From an uncultured Clostridia bacterium (GTDB lineage: Bacteria; Bacillota; Clostridia; TANB77; CAG-508): 64,000 nt of DNA. The translations under genes and the position numbers were made by a program. The stretch spans positions 75,188-139,187 of the forward strand of contig CAKPPF010000002.1 of the NCBI GenBank assembly GCA_934177485.1, in the 5' to 3' direction. Positions 8,847 to 18,109 of the stretch are shown here, one piece after another (position 1 is the stretch's first letter; the number at the start of each line of letters is the position of its first letter). The notes under the pieces were generated by a model. It searched no databases, was not told the origin of the DNA, and saw only the letters and a program-made list of their open reading frames with translations.

Positions 8847-10355
8847 TTATTTTAACATATTTTTAAGACTAACTCTATCTATTTTACCATTTGCATTATA
8901 CGGCATTCTTGGTAACTTTATTATTTGATTTGGGCACATATAAGCAGGCACCTTATTTTTTATCTCTGAAAGTACTTCTGTTTCTTCAAGTTCATCTCCT
9001 TGATAAAATAGCACAATTTGAGATTTTTCTGTATTGTATACACAAGCACATATTATTACTCCTTCTATATTGTTAGCTGCGTTTTCAATTTCTCCAAGTT
9101 CTATTCTATATCCCATATGTTTTATTTGAAAATCTTTTCTAGATAAATATATTAATTCGCCTTTATTATTATATTTTACAATGTCTCCTGTTCTATATAC
9201 AGTTTCTGCATACTTTTTATTTAGTGGATTTTGTACAAAGACTGAAGCTGTTTTTTCTGGATTATTATAATATCCTAAGGCTAAAAATGAACCTCTTACA
9301 CATAGTTCGCCATCTTCTCCATCTTTAGCTTCTGTTCCATCCTCTTTAACTATAAGAACGTCACAATTATTACATGCTTGTCCAATTGGAAGACTTTCGT
9401 TATTATCAAATTTTCTATTTACAACATAATACGTACAAATATCTGTTGTTTCTGTAGGTCCAAATAAGTTTGCAAACATTGCGTTTGGTAATTTATTAAT
9501 CCACATATTTAACTGTTTAACCGGCATTACTTCTCCAGCAAACATAATCTTTTTTAAACTTGTCAATTGAATTTCATCCAAGGCTTTAAAATTTGCAACA
9601 ATACAAAGTGCAGATGGTACCCAATAAATAGTATTAATTTTCTTTTCGTTTATAAACTCTAATAATTTTATTGGGAATGAAAAATACATCTTTGGTATTA
9701 TATAAAAAGTTGCTCCAGTTAAAATTGTAGAAAATACATCTGTTATAGACATACTAAAATAAAATGGTGTTTGACTTCCCCATATTGTATTTTCATTAAT
9801 GTCAAAAGTTTTTACTACCCAGTTTGCATAACTGATTACAGCTCTATGAGAAATTACTGTTCCTTTAGGAACTCCTGTTGAACCAGATGTAAATAATACA
9901 TACATTGGATTTGTATCTATCATTTTATTTCTTATATTTTCTATTAATTCTGCATCAATTTCTTCAGCGAGCATTTCTTCATATACACATATATTTGTAT
10001 CAATTCCATATTCTTTTGCTTTTGACAGATTTTTACTATCTGTAATGATAGTAACAGGTTCTAAGGTATTTAGTATTAAATTAATTCTTTCAATTGGTGA
10101 TTTAGTATCTATAACAGTATAAAATCCGCCCCCATACAGTGTTCCAAACATTGCTTCTAAGCAATTAACTGTTTTATCTATAAAAATTGCTATTGGTTTA
10201 TTAAATATGTCCTTTTTAGCTAAGTATGTTCCTATTTTTTTAGAATTATTCACTAATTGTGAATATGTTACTTCTCGATTATTATCTACATATGAAACTT
10301 TTTGTGGATATTTATTTTTTGTATTTTCCAAATACTCTAAAATATTTTTAAACAT
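8847..10355 (-). CDS. dltA: AMP-dependent ligase, D-alanine--carrier protein ligase-like (DltA-like)
   Basis: 502 aa with adenylation motifs LFTSGSTGVPKG, YRTGD and a C-terminal NGKIDR. RBS is AAAGGAGGA. Confidence 0.7.
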   Translation of the reverse strand: MFKNILEYLENTKNKYPQKVSYVDNNREVTYSQLVNNSKKIGTYLAKKDIFNKPIAIFIDKTVNCLEAMFGTLYGGGFYTVIDTKSPIERINLILNTLEPVTIITDSKNLSKAKEYGIDTNICVYEEMLAEEIDAELIENIRNKMIDTNPMYVLFTSGSTGVPKGTVISHRAVISYANWVVKTFDINENTIWGSQTPFYFSMSITDVFSTILTGATFYIIPKMYFSFPIKLLEFINEKKINTIYWVPSALCIVANFKALDEIQLTSLKKIMFAGEVMPVKQLNMWINKLPNAMFANLFGPTETTDICTYYVVNRKFDNNESLPIGQACNNCDVLIVKEDGTEAKDGEDGELCVRGSFLALGYYNNPEKTASVFVQNPLNKKYAETVYRTGDIVKYNNKGELIYLSRKDFQIKHMGYRIELGEIENAANNIEGVIICACVYNTEKSQIVLFYQGDELEETEVLSEIKNKVPAYMCPNQIIKLPRMPYNANGKIDRVSLKNMLK

Positions 10356-10524
10356 TATATCCTCCTTTATACCATAAGGTATTGCTAGTATAACACTTAT
10401 TTTTTAAAATTTCAATACTCAGCTCGTTTATTATTAACATCTTAATTTTTTTAGAATAAAATAGTATAGCTAAAAACTTTTTAGTAGATAATATTATTTA
10501 TATAAGGGAGGCTTATTTTATTTT

Positions 10525-11385
10525 ATGAAATCAATTTGTATAAAAACTAACAACACAGAAATTATTGATTATTTACTAAAAAGTACAGAAAAATTAAATA
10601 TTGAAAATGTATATATTAGTATAAAAAAGTTTAAGCATTTTAATAACTTTATTATTCACTATATTGGCACAGAATATATAAAGTTCAATACTTTTTTATC
10701 CAATCTACTAACAAAAATAGTAATTGAATTTTATGAAGAAAACATTTTAAATCAAAGCATAAGTTTGAATTTTTTTTACTTTGATTTAAGTGAAAAAAAT
10801 AAAATTATTAAAAATGCTAAAAATTTGCTTAATGAAGAAAAAAACTATTATTCAAAATACGATATTTTAAATAATGAACTATATATAAAAATTGCAAATT
10901 CTCATTCATTATATTTACAAGCCTTTATAGATTTTAATTTAAATGATTATACAAATTTTTTAAATACACAACTTGACTTAGCTGTGAATAAATTTTTAAT
11001 AGATAAAGAATATGTTGAATTTGTTAATATATTAAAACTTTATATAAAGTCAGAAGCAGAAAATTCTAAAATAGAACATTTACATCTAATTTATAAAAAT
11101 AAGAATTCAATAATAATAGATGACAACAAAAATATAGTCTCTTGCAATGATAATATAAAAAAATCTAAGTATGTTTCAGATATAACTTTTTCCGCAAATG
11201 ATTATGCTTTAAATACTTTGCTTAGTTTAGTTCCTAAAAAAATAACTATACATCTTGTTGATAATTATCCAGACGAATTTATAAATACTCTCCTTTTAAT
11301 TTTTCAAGATAAAATTAAAATATGTGAAGACTGTGATATATGTAATATGTACAGAATAAAAAATGCTAGAACAGATAAGTTGTAA
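10525..11385 (+). CDS. Hypothetical protein (possibly YtxC-like sporulation protein)
   Basis: 286 aa soluble Asn/Lys/Ile-rich ORF with an AGGGAGG RBS. The YtxC resemblance rests only on size and general pattern. Confidence 0.3.
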   Translation: MKSICIKTNNTEIIDYLLKSTEKLNIENVYISIKKFKHFNNFIIHYIGTEYIKFNTFLSNLLTKIVIEFYEENILNQSISLNFFYFDLSEKNKIIKNAKNLLNEEKNYYSKYDILNNELYIKIANSHSLYLQAFIDFNLNDYTNFLNTQLDLAVNKFLIDKEYVEFVNILKLYIKSEAENSKIEHLHLIYKNKNSIIIDDNKNIVSCNDNIKKSKYVSDITFSANDYALNTLLSLVPKKITIHLVDNYPDEFINTLLLIFQDKIKICEDCDICNMYRIKNARTDKL

Positions 11386-11577
11386 GTTAAATTTAGGGTG
11401 GCATGTAAGGTTATGCCTTATACATGCCATTTTTCTGTATCTACATACATAATGTTGTATATTGTTATAATTTAAGTAAGTACAATTTTAAAAAAAATTC
11501 ATCTTAAAACAAATAAAATAATTTTACATATTTAGAATTTTATGATATATTTTTCTTATATTATAAGGAGAATATAT

Positions 11578-12243
11578 ATGTCTAGTTTTACTTTAAAAAT
11601 AATCGCCCTAATTTCAATGCTTTGTGACCACTTAGGATATACAATTTGGGGTCAATTTAGTTTTATGAATTATTTTGGTAGAATAGCATTCCCTATATTT
11701 GCTTTTTGCATAACAGAAGGATATGTGCATACAAAAAATATAAAAAAATATTTTTTAAGATTAGGAATTTTAGCAATAATATCACAAATTCCATATATGC
11801 TTTTTGAAAGTACATTTTTAAATAATATTAATTTAAATATTATTTTCACTTTAATGTTAGGACTTTTTACAATATTGTTGTATGATAAATCTAAAAATAA
11901 ATTATTAGGTTTGATACTAACTATATTGCTTGCATGTTTTGCTCAATTCTTCTATTTTGATTATGGTTGGTTTGGAATAGCTATTATTTTTATTTTTTAC
12001 ATTTTTAAAGATAATAAACCATTTATGAATTTATCTTTTATTTTAGCAACTTTTGCAAATTATTATTACATGTTTTTAAGAACATCAAGATTTGAATATC
12101 TATTTATTATATTCTTTGCTTGTTTGTCTTTAATTCCAATAAACTTATACAATGGTCAAAAAGGGAAAAATTCAAAATATTTGCTTTATGTTTTTTACCC
12201 ATTACATTTTATTGTTCTTTACTTAGTATCTACTTTTATTTAA
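11578..12243 (+). CDS. TraX-family membrane protein
   Basis: I chose the start at ATG 11578 because it has an AAGGAG RBS; the track ORF starts earlier. The sequence FTLKIIALISMLCDHLGYT...GRIAFPIFAFCITEGYVHTKN is typical of TraX. Confidence 0.7.
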   Translation: MSSFTLKIIALISMLCDHLGYTIWGQFSFMNYFGRIAFPIFAFCITEGYVHTKNIKKYFLRLGILAIISQIPYMLFESTFLNNINLNIIFTLMLGLFTILLYDKSKNKLLGLILTILLACFAQFFYFDYGWFGIAIIFIFYIFKDNKPFMNLSFILATFANYYYMFLRTSRFEYLFIIFFACLSLIPINLYNGQKGKNSKYLLYVFYPLHFIVLYLVSTFI

Positions 12244-12247
12244 ATTT

Positions 12248-12285
12248 AAAAGAGGATTGATTTAAAATATCAATCCTCTTTTTTC
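12248..12285. terminator. Bidirectional terminator
   Basis: AAAAGAGGATTGAT-TTAAAAT-ATCAATCCTCTTTTTT lies between convergent genes. Confidence 0.75.
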
Positions 12286-12304
12286 CACATTCAATGCTAA
12301 AATT

Positions 12305-15004
12305 TTATTCTTCCCTTGTGGTATTTATTTTAAATAATTTAAATATTTCTACTATTGCTATTGGAGAAAGTACTAATAATATTGTTTCTAGAATATTCTC
12401 TTTTGGTAACATTGCTATACTAAATATATTTCTTAATGCTGGTACTAGTAGTACTATAAACATTAAGCCAGCTGATGCTATTGTTGCTAGTATTAACTTT
12501 GAGTTACTAAATAGTCCACCTTTAAATATTGATTTTTTGTTATCTCTTATATTAAACACATGTACAAGTTCTGATAATGCTAATACGCAAAATGCCATTG
12601 TTTGACCAATTTGAATTTTTTCCGCATCTGTTGTTGCACTTGGAGTTGCCAATCCTATTATAAAAGCTGCTAAAGTAATAAATCCTATCATAACTCCCTG
12701 GTAAATAACTCTAAAACTCATACCTTTTGTAAATATACCTTTTTCTTTTTTAGGTTTTTTATTCATTATATCCTTTTCTGCAGGATCAACTGCTAAGGCT
12801 AAAGCTGGAAGCGAATCAGTTACTAAGTTTATCCACAAAATTTGTATTGGAAGTAATGGTTCTAATGCGCTTATATCTGTGATTCCAAACCATTTTGCAA
12901 GTAATGGTGTAATCATTATAGCTGTAAACAATACTATAATTTCTCCAACATTACTTGAAAGTAAAAACTGAATTGCTTTTAAGATGTTTCCATATATACG
13001 TCTTCCTTCTTCTACTGCTGAAACTACTGTTGCAAAATTATCATCTGTTAATATTACATCTGCCGCTTCTTTCGCAACATCTGTGCCTACAATTCCCATT
13101 GCACAACCAATGTCTGCATTTTTTAAAGCTGGAGCATCATTTACGCCATCACCTGTCATTGCGACTATTTCTCCATTTGCTTGCCACGCTCTTACTATTC
13201 TAACCTTATGTTCTGGAGCAACTCTTGCATATACTGAATAATGTCTTACATTTTTTATTAATTCTTCATCAGACATTTTTTCTAATTCAGCACCTGTTAT
13301 TGCTTCGCTTTCGTCTTCTAATATTCCTAATTGTTTTGCTATCGCAGTGGCAGTTATTTTATGGTCACCTGTTATCATAACCGTTTTTATTCCTGCAGAC
13401 TTACATTTTTCTACTGCAAGTTTTGCCTCTTCTCTTGGTGGATCAATCATTCCAACCATTCCAACAAATGTCAAGTGATTTTCTATTGTTTGCATTTCAT
13501 CGTTTGTTGGTACTTTATCTAACTCTTTATATGCAAAACCTAAAACTCTTAATGCATTTTTAGCTAGTTCTTCGTTTGTTTCACTTATTTGTACTTTATA
13601 ATCTTCTAGATCTTCTTTTATTTTTCCGTTTACTATATAATTATCACATCTTTTAAGTAATTCGTCTATTGCACCTTTTGTATAAACAACATATTTTCCA
13701 TTTACTTCATGAACAGTAGACATTAATTTCCTATCAGAGTCAAATGGTAATTCTGCTAGTCTATCAACATCAAATATCTTATGAACATCAATATTAAGTT
13801 TCATTCCCATATCTATTAATGCTGTTTCAGTTGGATCCCCTGTAAGCTCGTTGTCTGCTCCAACTTTTGTATCGTTACAAAGCATTGATATATATATAAG
13901 TTTTTCTAGTTCACTATCTATTGCAATATTGTCTCTCATACTAATTAAATAATCATTATAAAATATCTTTTCTACTGTCATCTTGTTTTGTGTTAAAGTT
14001 CCTGTTTTATCTGAACATATTACAGATGCACTTCCTAAAGTTTCAACTGCTGGTAATTTTTTTACAATTGCATTCTTTTTAACCATTCTTTGAACACCAA
14101 TTGCCAAAACTATTGTAGATACAGCTGCTAAGCCTTCTGGTATTGCTGCAACTGCTAAGCTTACTGCTGTCATAAACATATGAATTGGCTCTTTACCATA
14201 AAGCATACCAACTATAAATATAATTGCACATATTGCTAGTGCAACTATTCCTAGTGTTTTTCCTAATTTATTTAATTTTTCTTGTAATGGCGTTGTTCCT
14301 TCTTCTGTAGAATTAATTATTTGAGCTATTTTTCCCACTTCAGTATCCATTCCTGTTTCGACAACAATTCCTTTTCCTCTACCATATGTTATTAAACTAG
14401 AAGAAAATAACATATTTGTTCTATCGCCTATTCCAACTTCGTCTGAAGTTATCTTTGCTGCCATTTTTTCTACTGGAACTGATTCACCTGTTAATGCAGA
14501 TTCCTGTGATTTTAAATTAACTGCTTCAATTATTCTTAAATCCGCTGGGACATAGTCTCCTGTATCTAAAACTACTATATCTCCTGGCACTAATTCTCTT
14601 GATGGAATTACAATTAACTTTCCATCTCTAATTACTTTAGAAGCATGACTACTTAATTTTTGAAGTGCTTCTAAAGATTTTTCGGCTTTATTTTCTTGTG
14701 CTACTCCAATTATTGCATTTACTATTACTACTATTAGAATAATTATTGTATCTGTAATTCCTTCTCCCTCAGCTACTCCTATTACACCAGATACAATTGC
14801 TGCAATTATTAGTACTATTATCATAAAATCCTTAAATTGCTCTAGAAATTTAACTATTAAACTTTTCTTTTTCTTTGCAGTTAATTCATTAAAACCATAC
14901 TTTGTTTGTTTCTCCTGCACCTGATTTTGTGTTAATCCACTTTTAATATTTGTTTCTAATTCTTTTTCTGTTTCTTCAATACTTTTATTATACCAAGTAT
15001 TCAT
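12305..15004 (-). CDS. P-type cation-transporting ATPase (P2 Ca2+/Mn2+ type)
   Basis: 899 aa with DKTGTLT, TGES, MITGDH and TGDGVNDAPALK motifs and 10 predicted TM segments. Confidence 0.85.
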   Translation of the reverse strand: MNTWYNKSIEETEKELETNIKSGLTQNQVQEKQTKYGFNELTAKKKKSLIVKFLEQFKDFMIIVLIIAAIVSGVIGVAEGEGITDTIIILIVVIVNAIIGVAQENKAEKSLEALQKLSSHASKVIRDGKLIVIPSRELVPGDIVVLDTGDYVPADLRIIEAVNLKSQESALTGESVPVEKMAAKITSDEVGIGDRTNMLFSSSLITYGRGKGIVVETGMDTEVGKIAQIINSTEEGTTPLQEKLNKLGKTLGIVALAICAIIFIVGMLYGKEPIHMFMTAVSLAVAAIPEGLAAVSTIVLAIGVQRMVKKNAIVKKLPAVETLGSASVICSDKTGTLTQNKMTVEKIFYNDYLISMRDNIAIDSELEKLIYISMLCNDTKVGADNELTGDPTETALIDMGMKLNIDVHKIFDVDRLAELPFDSDRKLMSTVHEVNGKYVVYTKGAIDELLKRCDNYIVNGKIKEDLEDYKVQISETNEELAKNALRVLGFAYKELDKVPTNDEMQTIENHLTFVGMVGMIDPPREEAKLAVEKCKSAGIKTVMITGDHKITATAIAKQLGILEDESEAITGAELEKMSDEELIKNVRHYSVYARVAPEHKVRIVRAWQANGEIVAMTGDGVNDAPALKNADIGCAMGIVGTDVAKEAADVILTDDNFATVVSAVEEGRRIYGNILKAIQFLLSSNVGEIIVLFTAIMITPLLAKWFGITDISALEPLLPIQILWINLVTDSLPALALAVDPAEKDIMNKKPKKEKGIFTKGMSFRVIYQGVMIGFITLAAFIIGLATPSATTDAEKIQIGQTMAFCVLALSELVHVFNIRDNKKSIFKGGLFSNSKLILATIASAGLMFIVLLVPALRNIFSIAMLPKENILETILLVLSPIAIVEIFKLFKINTTREE

Positions 15005-15031
15005 TTTACCTCCTTTTTTACCCCCCTAGTT

Positions 15032-15160
15032 GGAAAACAAAAAGACTTCCAAAAATGGGTAATAATACTCATTTTTAAAAGTCTTGCTTACCTTAAAGGT
15101 TACTAACCAGATTTTACAAATCGCGCTTGTTGATTAGTAGTTTTTAGCTACTCCCTTTTA
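15032..15160 (-). promoter_or_regulatory. Probable yybP-ykoY (Mn2+) riboswitch with an overlapping intrinsic terminator
   Basis: The minus strand reads UUAAAAG-GGAGUAGC...(three internal hairpins)...GUAAGCAAGAC-UUUUAA. This matches the two conserved yybP-ykoY blocks (GGGGAGUAGC and AGCAAGACC) and the four-way junction layout. The 3' block AAGACUUUUAAAAAUGAG can alternatively pair with ACCCAUUUUUGGAAGUCUU, followed by UUUGUUUU, to form a terminator. Confidence 0.65.
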
Positions 15161-15277
15161 AATATTTATTTTATTTTATCATTTTTTTTGTAAAAAAACA
15201 ATACTTTATTTTTTTATTTAAGTATATTTTTTCTATTTTTACGAATAATATTACTAATTAATTTTGGAGGTGCTTTT

Positions 15278-15358
15278 ATGGGAAAGAAAAATAAAAACAA
15301 CAGTAATAAAAATAGCAGTAATAATCAAGATAATAATAACCAAAACAACAATAGATAG
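15278..15358 (+). CDS. Candidate 26-aa Asn/Lys-rich micro-protein (MGKKNKNNSNKNSSNNQDNNNQNNNR)
   Basis: GGAGG lies 8 nt upstream of the ATG. A GC-rich hairpin terminator (CCTCGGGC-GAGTTG-CCTGAGGTTTT) follows immediately after the stop. Confidence 0.3.
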   Translation: MGKKNKNNSNKNSSNNQDNNNQNNNR

Positions 15359-15409
15359 TGTAAAGCCTCGGGCGAGTTGCCTGAGGTTTTATACTATCTA
15401 TATAATTTA

Positions 15410-16237
15410 TTATTCTATTATATCATTCTTTATATTTTTTACATTAAATTTAAAATAATATGGTTTTATATCTGGTAAATATTCCCTTACTCTTTTTACA
15501 GTTCCATCATTTAATGTTATTGTTAAATTAGGATATGTCATTATCATTTTTTTATCATTAAAGAACTTATCAATAATTTTAACTTTTTTCTCATTTGAAT
15601 ATACTTTATTATAAATTCTAACTATTGCCTCTTTGTTTTGAACATCCAAGTCATTTTGAGTAATCTGTCTAACTAAATAATATTCTATTGCTATTCCAGA
15701 AATTGCACAATCGATTAAGAGTAATACAAACACAATTAATACAGTAGATTTTATAACTTTCATATTAAATTTTTTCTTAATAAATTCTATTACTTTATCA
15801 ACTTTAGGATTTATTACTTTCATAAAATATACTCCTAATAATCCCCAAAATAGTGAGTATAAAAAGCATATTCGTCCATTTATATTTAAAAATCTATTAG
15901 AATAGTCCCACCATCTAACATTTAAAAGTATTTCTCCTAAAAAGCTTAAAATATACTCAACAAAAGAGCCAACAATAAATCCACCCAAAAATAAAAGATG
16001 GTTATTTTTCTTAAAGTATTTATTTAGTATTACATACATAAATACTGCTCCCACTCCATATATTCCACAAAAAGGTCCATATAAAAAACTTTGTCTGCTC
16101 TCTAATACATTATAAAATACTAATGCAAATAATGTTTCAATTATAAAACCTACAAAGCTGTATATTATAAAATATGCTAAAATTCTCCATACACTAGTAC
16201 CTAAAATAGTAAAACTTTTTTTCTTTTTTTGCTCCAT
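15410..16237 (-). CDS. Polytopic membrane protein (putative ABC-transporter type IV / CmpB-like family)
   Basis: I moved the start to ATG 16237, which has GGAGGA upstream. The N-terminal pattern is ILAYFIIYSFVGFIIETLF...LYGPFCGIYGVGAV. Confidence 0.45.
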   Translation of the reverse strand: MEQKKKKSFTILGTSVWRILAYFIIYSFVGFIIETLFALVFYNVLESRQSFLYGPFCGIYGVGAVFMYVILNKYFKKNNHLLFLGGFIVGSFVEYILSFLGEILLNVRWWDYSNRFLNINGRICFLYSLFWGLLGVYFMKVINPKVDKVIEFIKKKFNMKVIKSTVLIVFVLLLIDCAISGIAIEYYLVRQITQNDLDVQNKEAIVRIYNKVYSNEKKVKIIDKFFNDKKMIMTYPNLTITLNDGTVKRVREYLPDIKPYYFKFNVKNIKNDIIE

Positions 16238-16382
16238 ATATTTCTCCTCCATGTTTATTATATTACTATATAATTAATAAAAAGTAAATACGTTCATTTT
16301 ACATAAAATTGCTTTTTTATTTATTTTGTGCTATAATATTATTACTACGACAGTAGTAATAATACTTTGGAGGTTTTAATCC

Positions 16383-17192
16383 ATGAAGGACGTACAAAAA
16401 CAGCTTTTTTTACCTGAATCAATGTATTATCTTAGCAACAGCATGAACATGCGGAAAATAACAGAAGCATATATATATGGCTTTCCTGTTACCTGTGAAG
16501 TTACACGATTTGATGTTATACATAAACTCTTTGAAGTGTATTTAGGTGGCAATATCTATGGAATAATTCCATTAGAGGAATCCAGTATATATCCAACCAT
16601 GAGCGGTTGTGAACTTTCTTCTAGAAATTTTGCATTAGTTGGTTGCAATGTCAGAGCATATGTAACATCTATTAAAGACGGAATTTTTCTATCAAGAAAA
16701 AAACACATGCAAAAGGCACTTGAAAGCATTTCGAAAATGAGCCACTTTAAATATGTCTCATTTACAGGTTTTGCATATTTAACCGCGTTTGTTGATGTAG
16801 GTGCAGGAATTGCAGGTAGAATTTTACCACCTAATTTTGCTCCTGTAATATACAGGAATGTCAGGGATATTGGCTTTGAAAAAAATGACATTATTTCTGT
16901 TGACGTACTTGAGTATGATCCAGATAATTATCGTTTCGAATTATCCAGATTATCTTGTTTGCCACATTTTTCTGAGGTTTTTCATAAGAATGATTTAGTT
17001 GAATGTGTTGTTTATGGGAAACTGAAAGATTCAAGTGGGTACTATGTTTGTATAAACAGATACGTTTGTGGAATTATGGATGCTCCAGAATTTCCGCTTT
17101 CATACAAAGAAAAAGTGATAGCTCGGGTATCTCATGTACCCGATGCATCTAAACCTGGCTTACAATTAGCATTCAGGGGCTTATGTACGTAA
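16383..17192 (+). CDS. Hypothetical protein with S1/OB-like repeats; compositionally atypical
   Basis: 269 aa with a GGAGG RBS. It is visibly richer in G/C and uses codons (CGG, GGC, CTG) that are rare in neighbouring genes. The repeated beta-rich segments resemble S1 domains, but the resemblance is weak. Confidence 0.35.
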   Translation: MKDVQKQLFLPESMYYLSNSMNMRKITEAYIYGFPVTCEVTRFDVIHKLFEVYLGGNIYGIIPLEESSIYPTMSGCELSSRNFALVGCNVRAYVTSIKDGIFLSRKKHMQKALESISKMSHFKYVSFTGFAYLTAFVDVGAGIAGRILPPNFAPVIYRNVRDIGFEKNDIISVDVLEYDPDNYRFELSRLSCLPHFSEVFHKNDLVECVVYGKLKDSSGYYVCINRYVCGIMDAPEFPLSYKEKVIARVSHVPDASKPGLQLAFRGLCT

Positions 17193-17227
17193 AAAGAAAA
17201 GGAGATAAGGATACTTATTTTGTATCC

Positions 17228-17911
17228 TTATCTTCTTTTTTTTCTTAATTCTTGCTTTTGCTCATCTGTTATTCTATATGATTCTATTGCCTTTTGTATA
17301 GCTTTATTATATGTCCATGTATCCAGCATTTTATTATTTTCTATATATTTATATGTTTTTTTATAATATTTAATTAAGCATATTGAAATAGCCCAAGCAA
17401 CAGCCATTTTTACGTAATATTGGTCTGATTTTATCTTGTCAAATATTTCAAAATTTTCTTCAAGATATTCTTCTTCTATATAGTAATCTAAAATCATAAC
17501 TATTTCAAATCTAATTTCAAATTCTTTATTTGATTTTAAATACTCTTTTATTAATGTATACATTTCTTTTTTATATTTTTTAGTAATCTTTAATCCTGCA
17601 CAAAAGTTATCACAAATAGCCCAATTGTCTATTTTACGTACAAATTCTTTTATATGTTTCTCTAATTCTTCAAAACTAATATTCTTTTCTAATCCAATAA
17701 TCATACCTTGTAGCATAATTTCTTCGTAATACTCATCATCTATCAATTTTAATAATTGTTCCAAATTATTATTTTCACTTATTTTTCTAGCATAATCTCT
17801 AAGAACTGGCACTCTAATGCCAAGTATATTATTTATACCAGGACATAAATTACTATGGAATTCTTTATATTCATCATCTACTAAATTTATTAAATCTTGT
17901 TTTATATTCAT
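17228..17911 (-). CDS. DNA alkylation repair protein (AlkD-like HEAT-repeat family)
   Basis: 227 aa. The sequence EYKEFHSNLCPGINNILGIRVPVLRDYARKI...NWAICDNFC fits the DNA_alkylation family. Confidence 0.7.
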   Translation of the reverse strand: MNIKQDLINLVDDEYKEFHSNLCPGINNILGIRVPVLRDYARKISENNNLEQLLKLIDDEYYEEIMLQGMIIGLEKNISFEELEKHIKEFVRKIDNWAICDNFCAGLKITKKYKKEMYTLIKEYLKSNKEFEIRFEIVMILDYYIEEEYLEENFEIFDKIKSDQYYVKMAVAWAISICLIKYYKKTYKYIENNKMLDTWTYNKAIQKAIESYRITDEQKQELRKKRR

Positions 17912-17948
17912 ATTTCACCTCAAGAAAAGTGGCTTTGCCACACTTTTC

Positions 17949-18011
17949 TTCTCGCCGATTTGAGTTTCCGAATGAAATGAGGAAATCTCAAAGGCATTAG
18001 CGATTATAGCA
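17949..18011. repeat. 63-nt dispersed hairpin element, copy 1
   Basis: Sequence TTCTCGCCGATTTGAGTTTCCGAATGAAATGAGGAAATCTCAAAGGCATTAGCGATTATAGCA. It differs from copy 2 (54883..54945) at 3 positions: the compensatory C/G pair in the inner stem and one base (T/A) just after AAAGGCA. Confidence 0.8.
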
Positions 18012-18109
18012 TTTTTTGTCGAATAGAAAAATCTTCGATTTTTCCTATTCAACAAAAAAATACTATGCATAATAATGCTATGCATAGTATATTTTTTTGT
18101 CAAGATATT

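Noticed and set aside
12294-13522. Plus-strand ORFs antisense to the P-type ATPase gene (12294..12605, 12955..13241, 13331..13522), and similar antisense ORFs inside ffh, the MMPL gene, rnr and the GH18 gene
   Set aside because: They overlap strongly supported genes on the opposite strand. They lack an RBS and have biased hydrophobic or low-complexity composition.
17915-18103. 62-aa minus-strand ORF between the AlkD-like and YhgE-like genes
   Set aside because: It is the translation of the conserved 63-nt hairpin element plus terminator hairpins. It has no RBS, and the other element copies do not preserve a reading frame.
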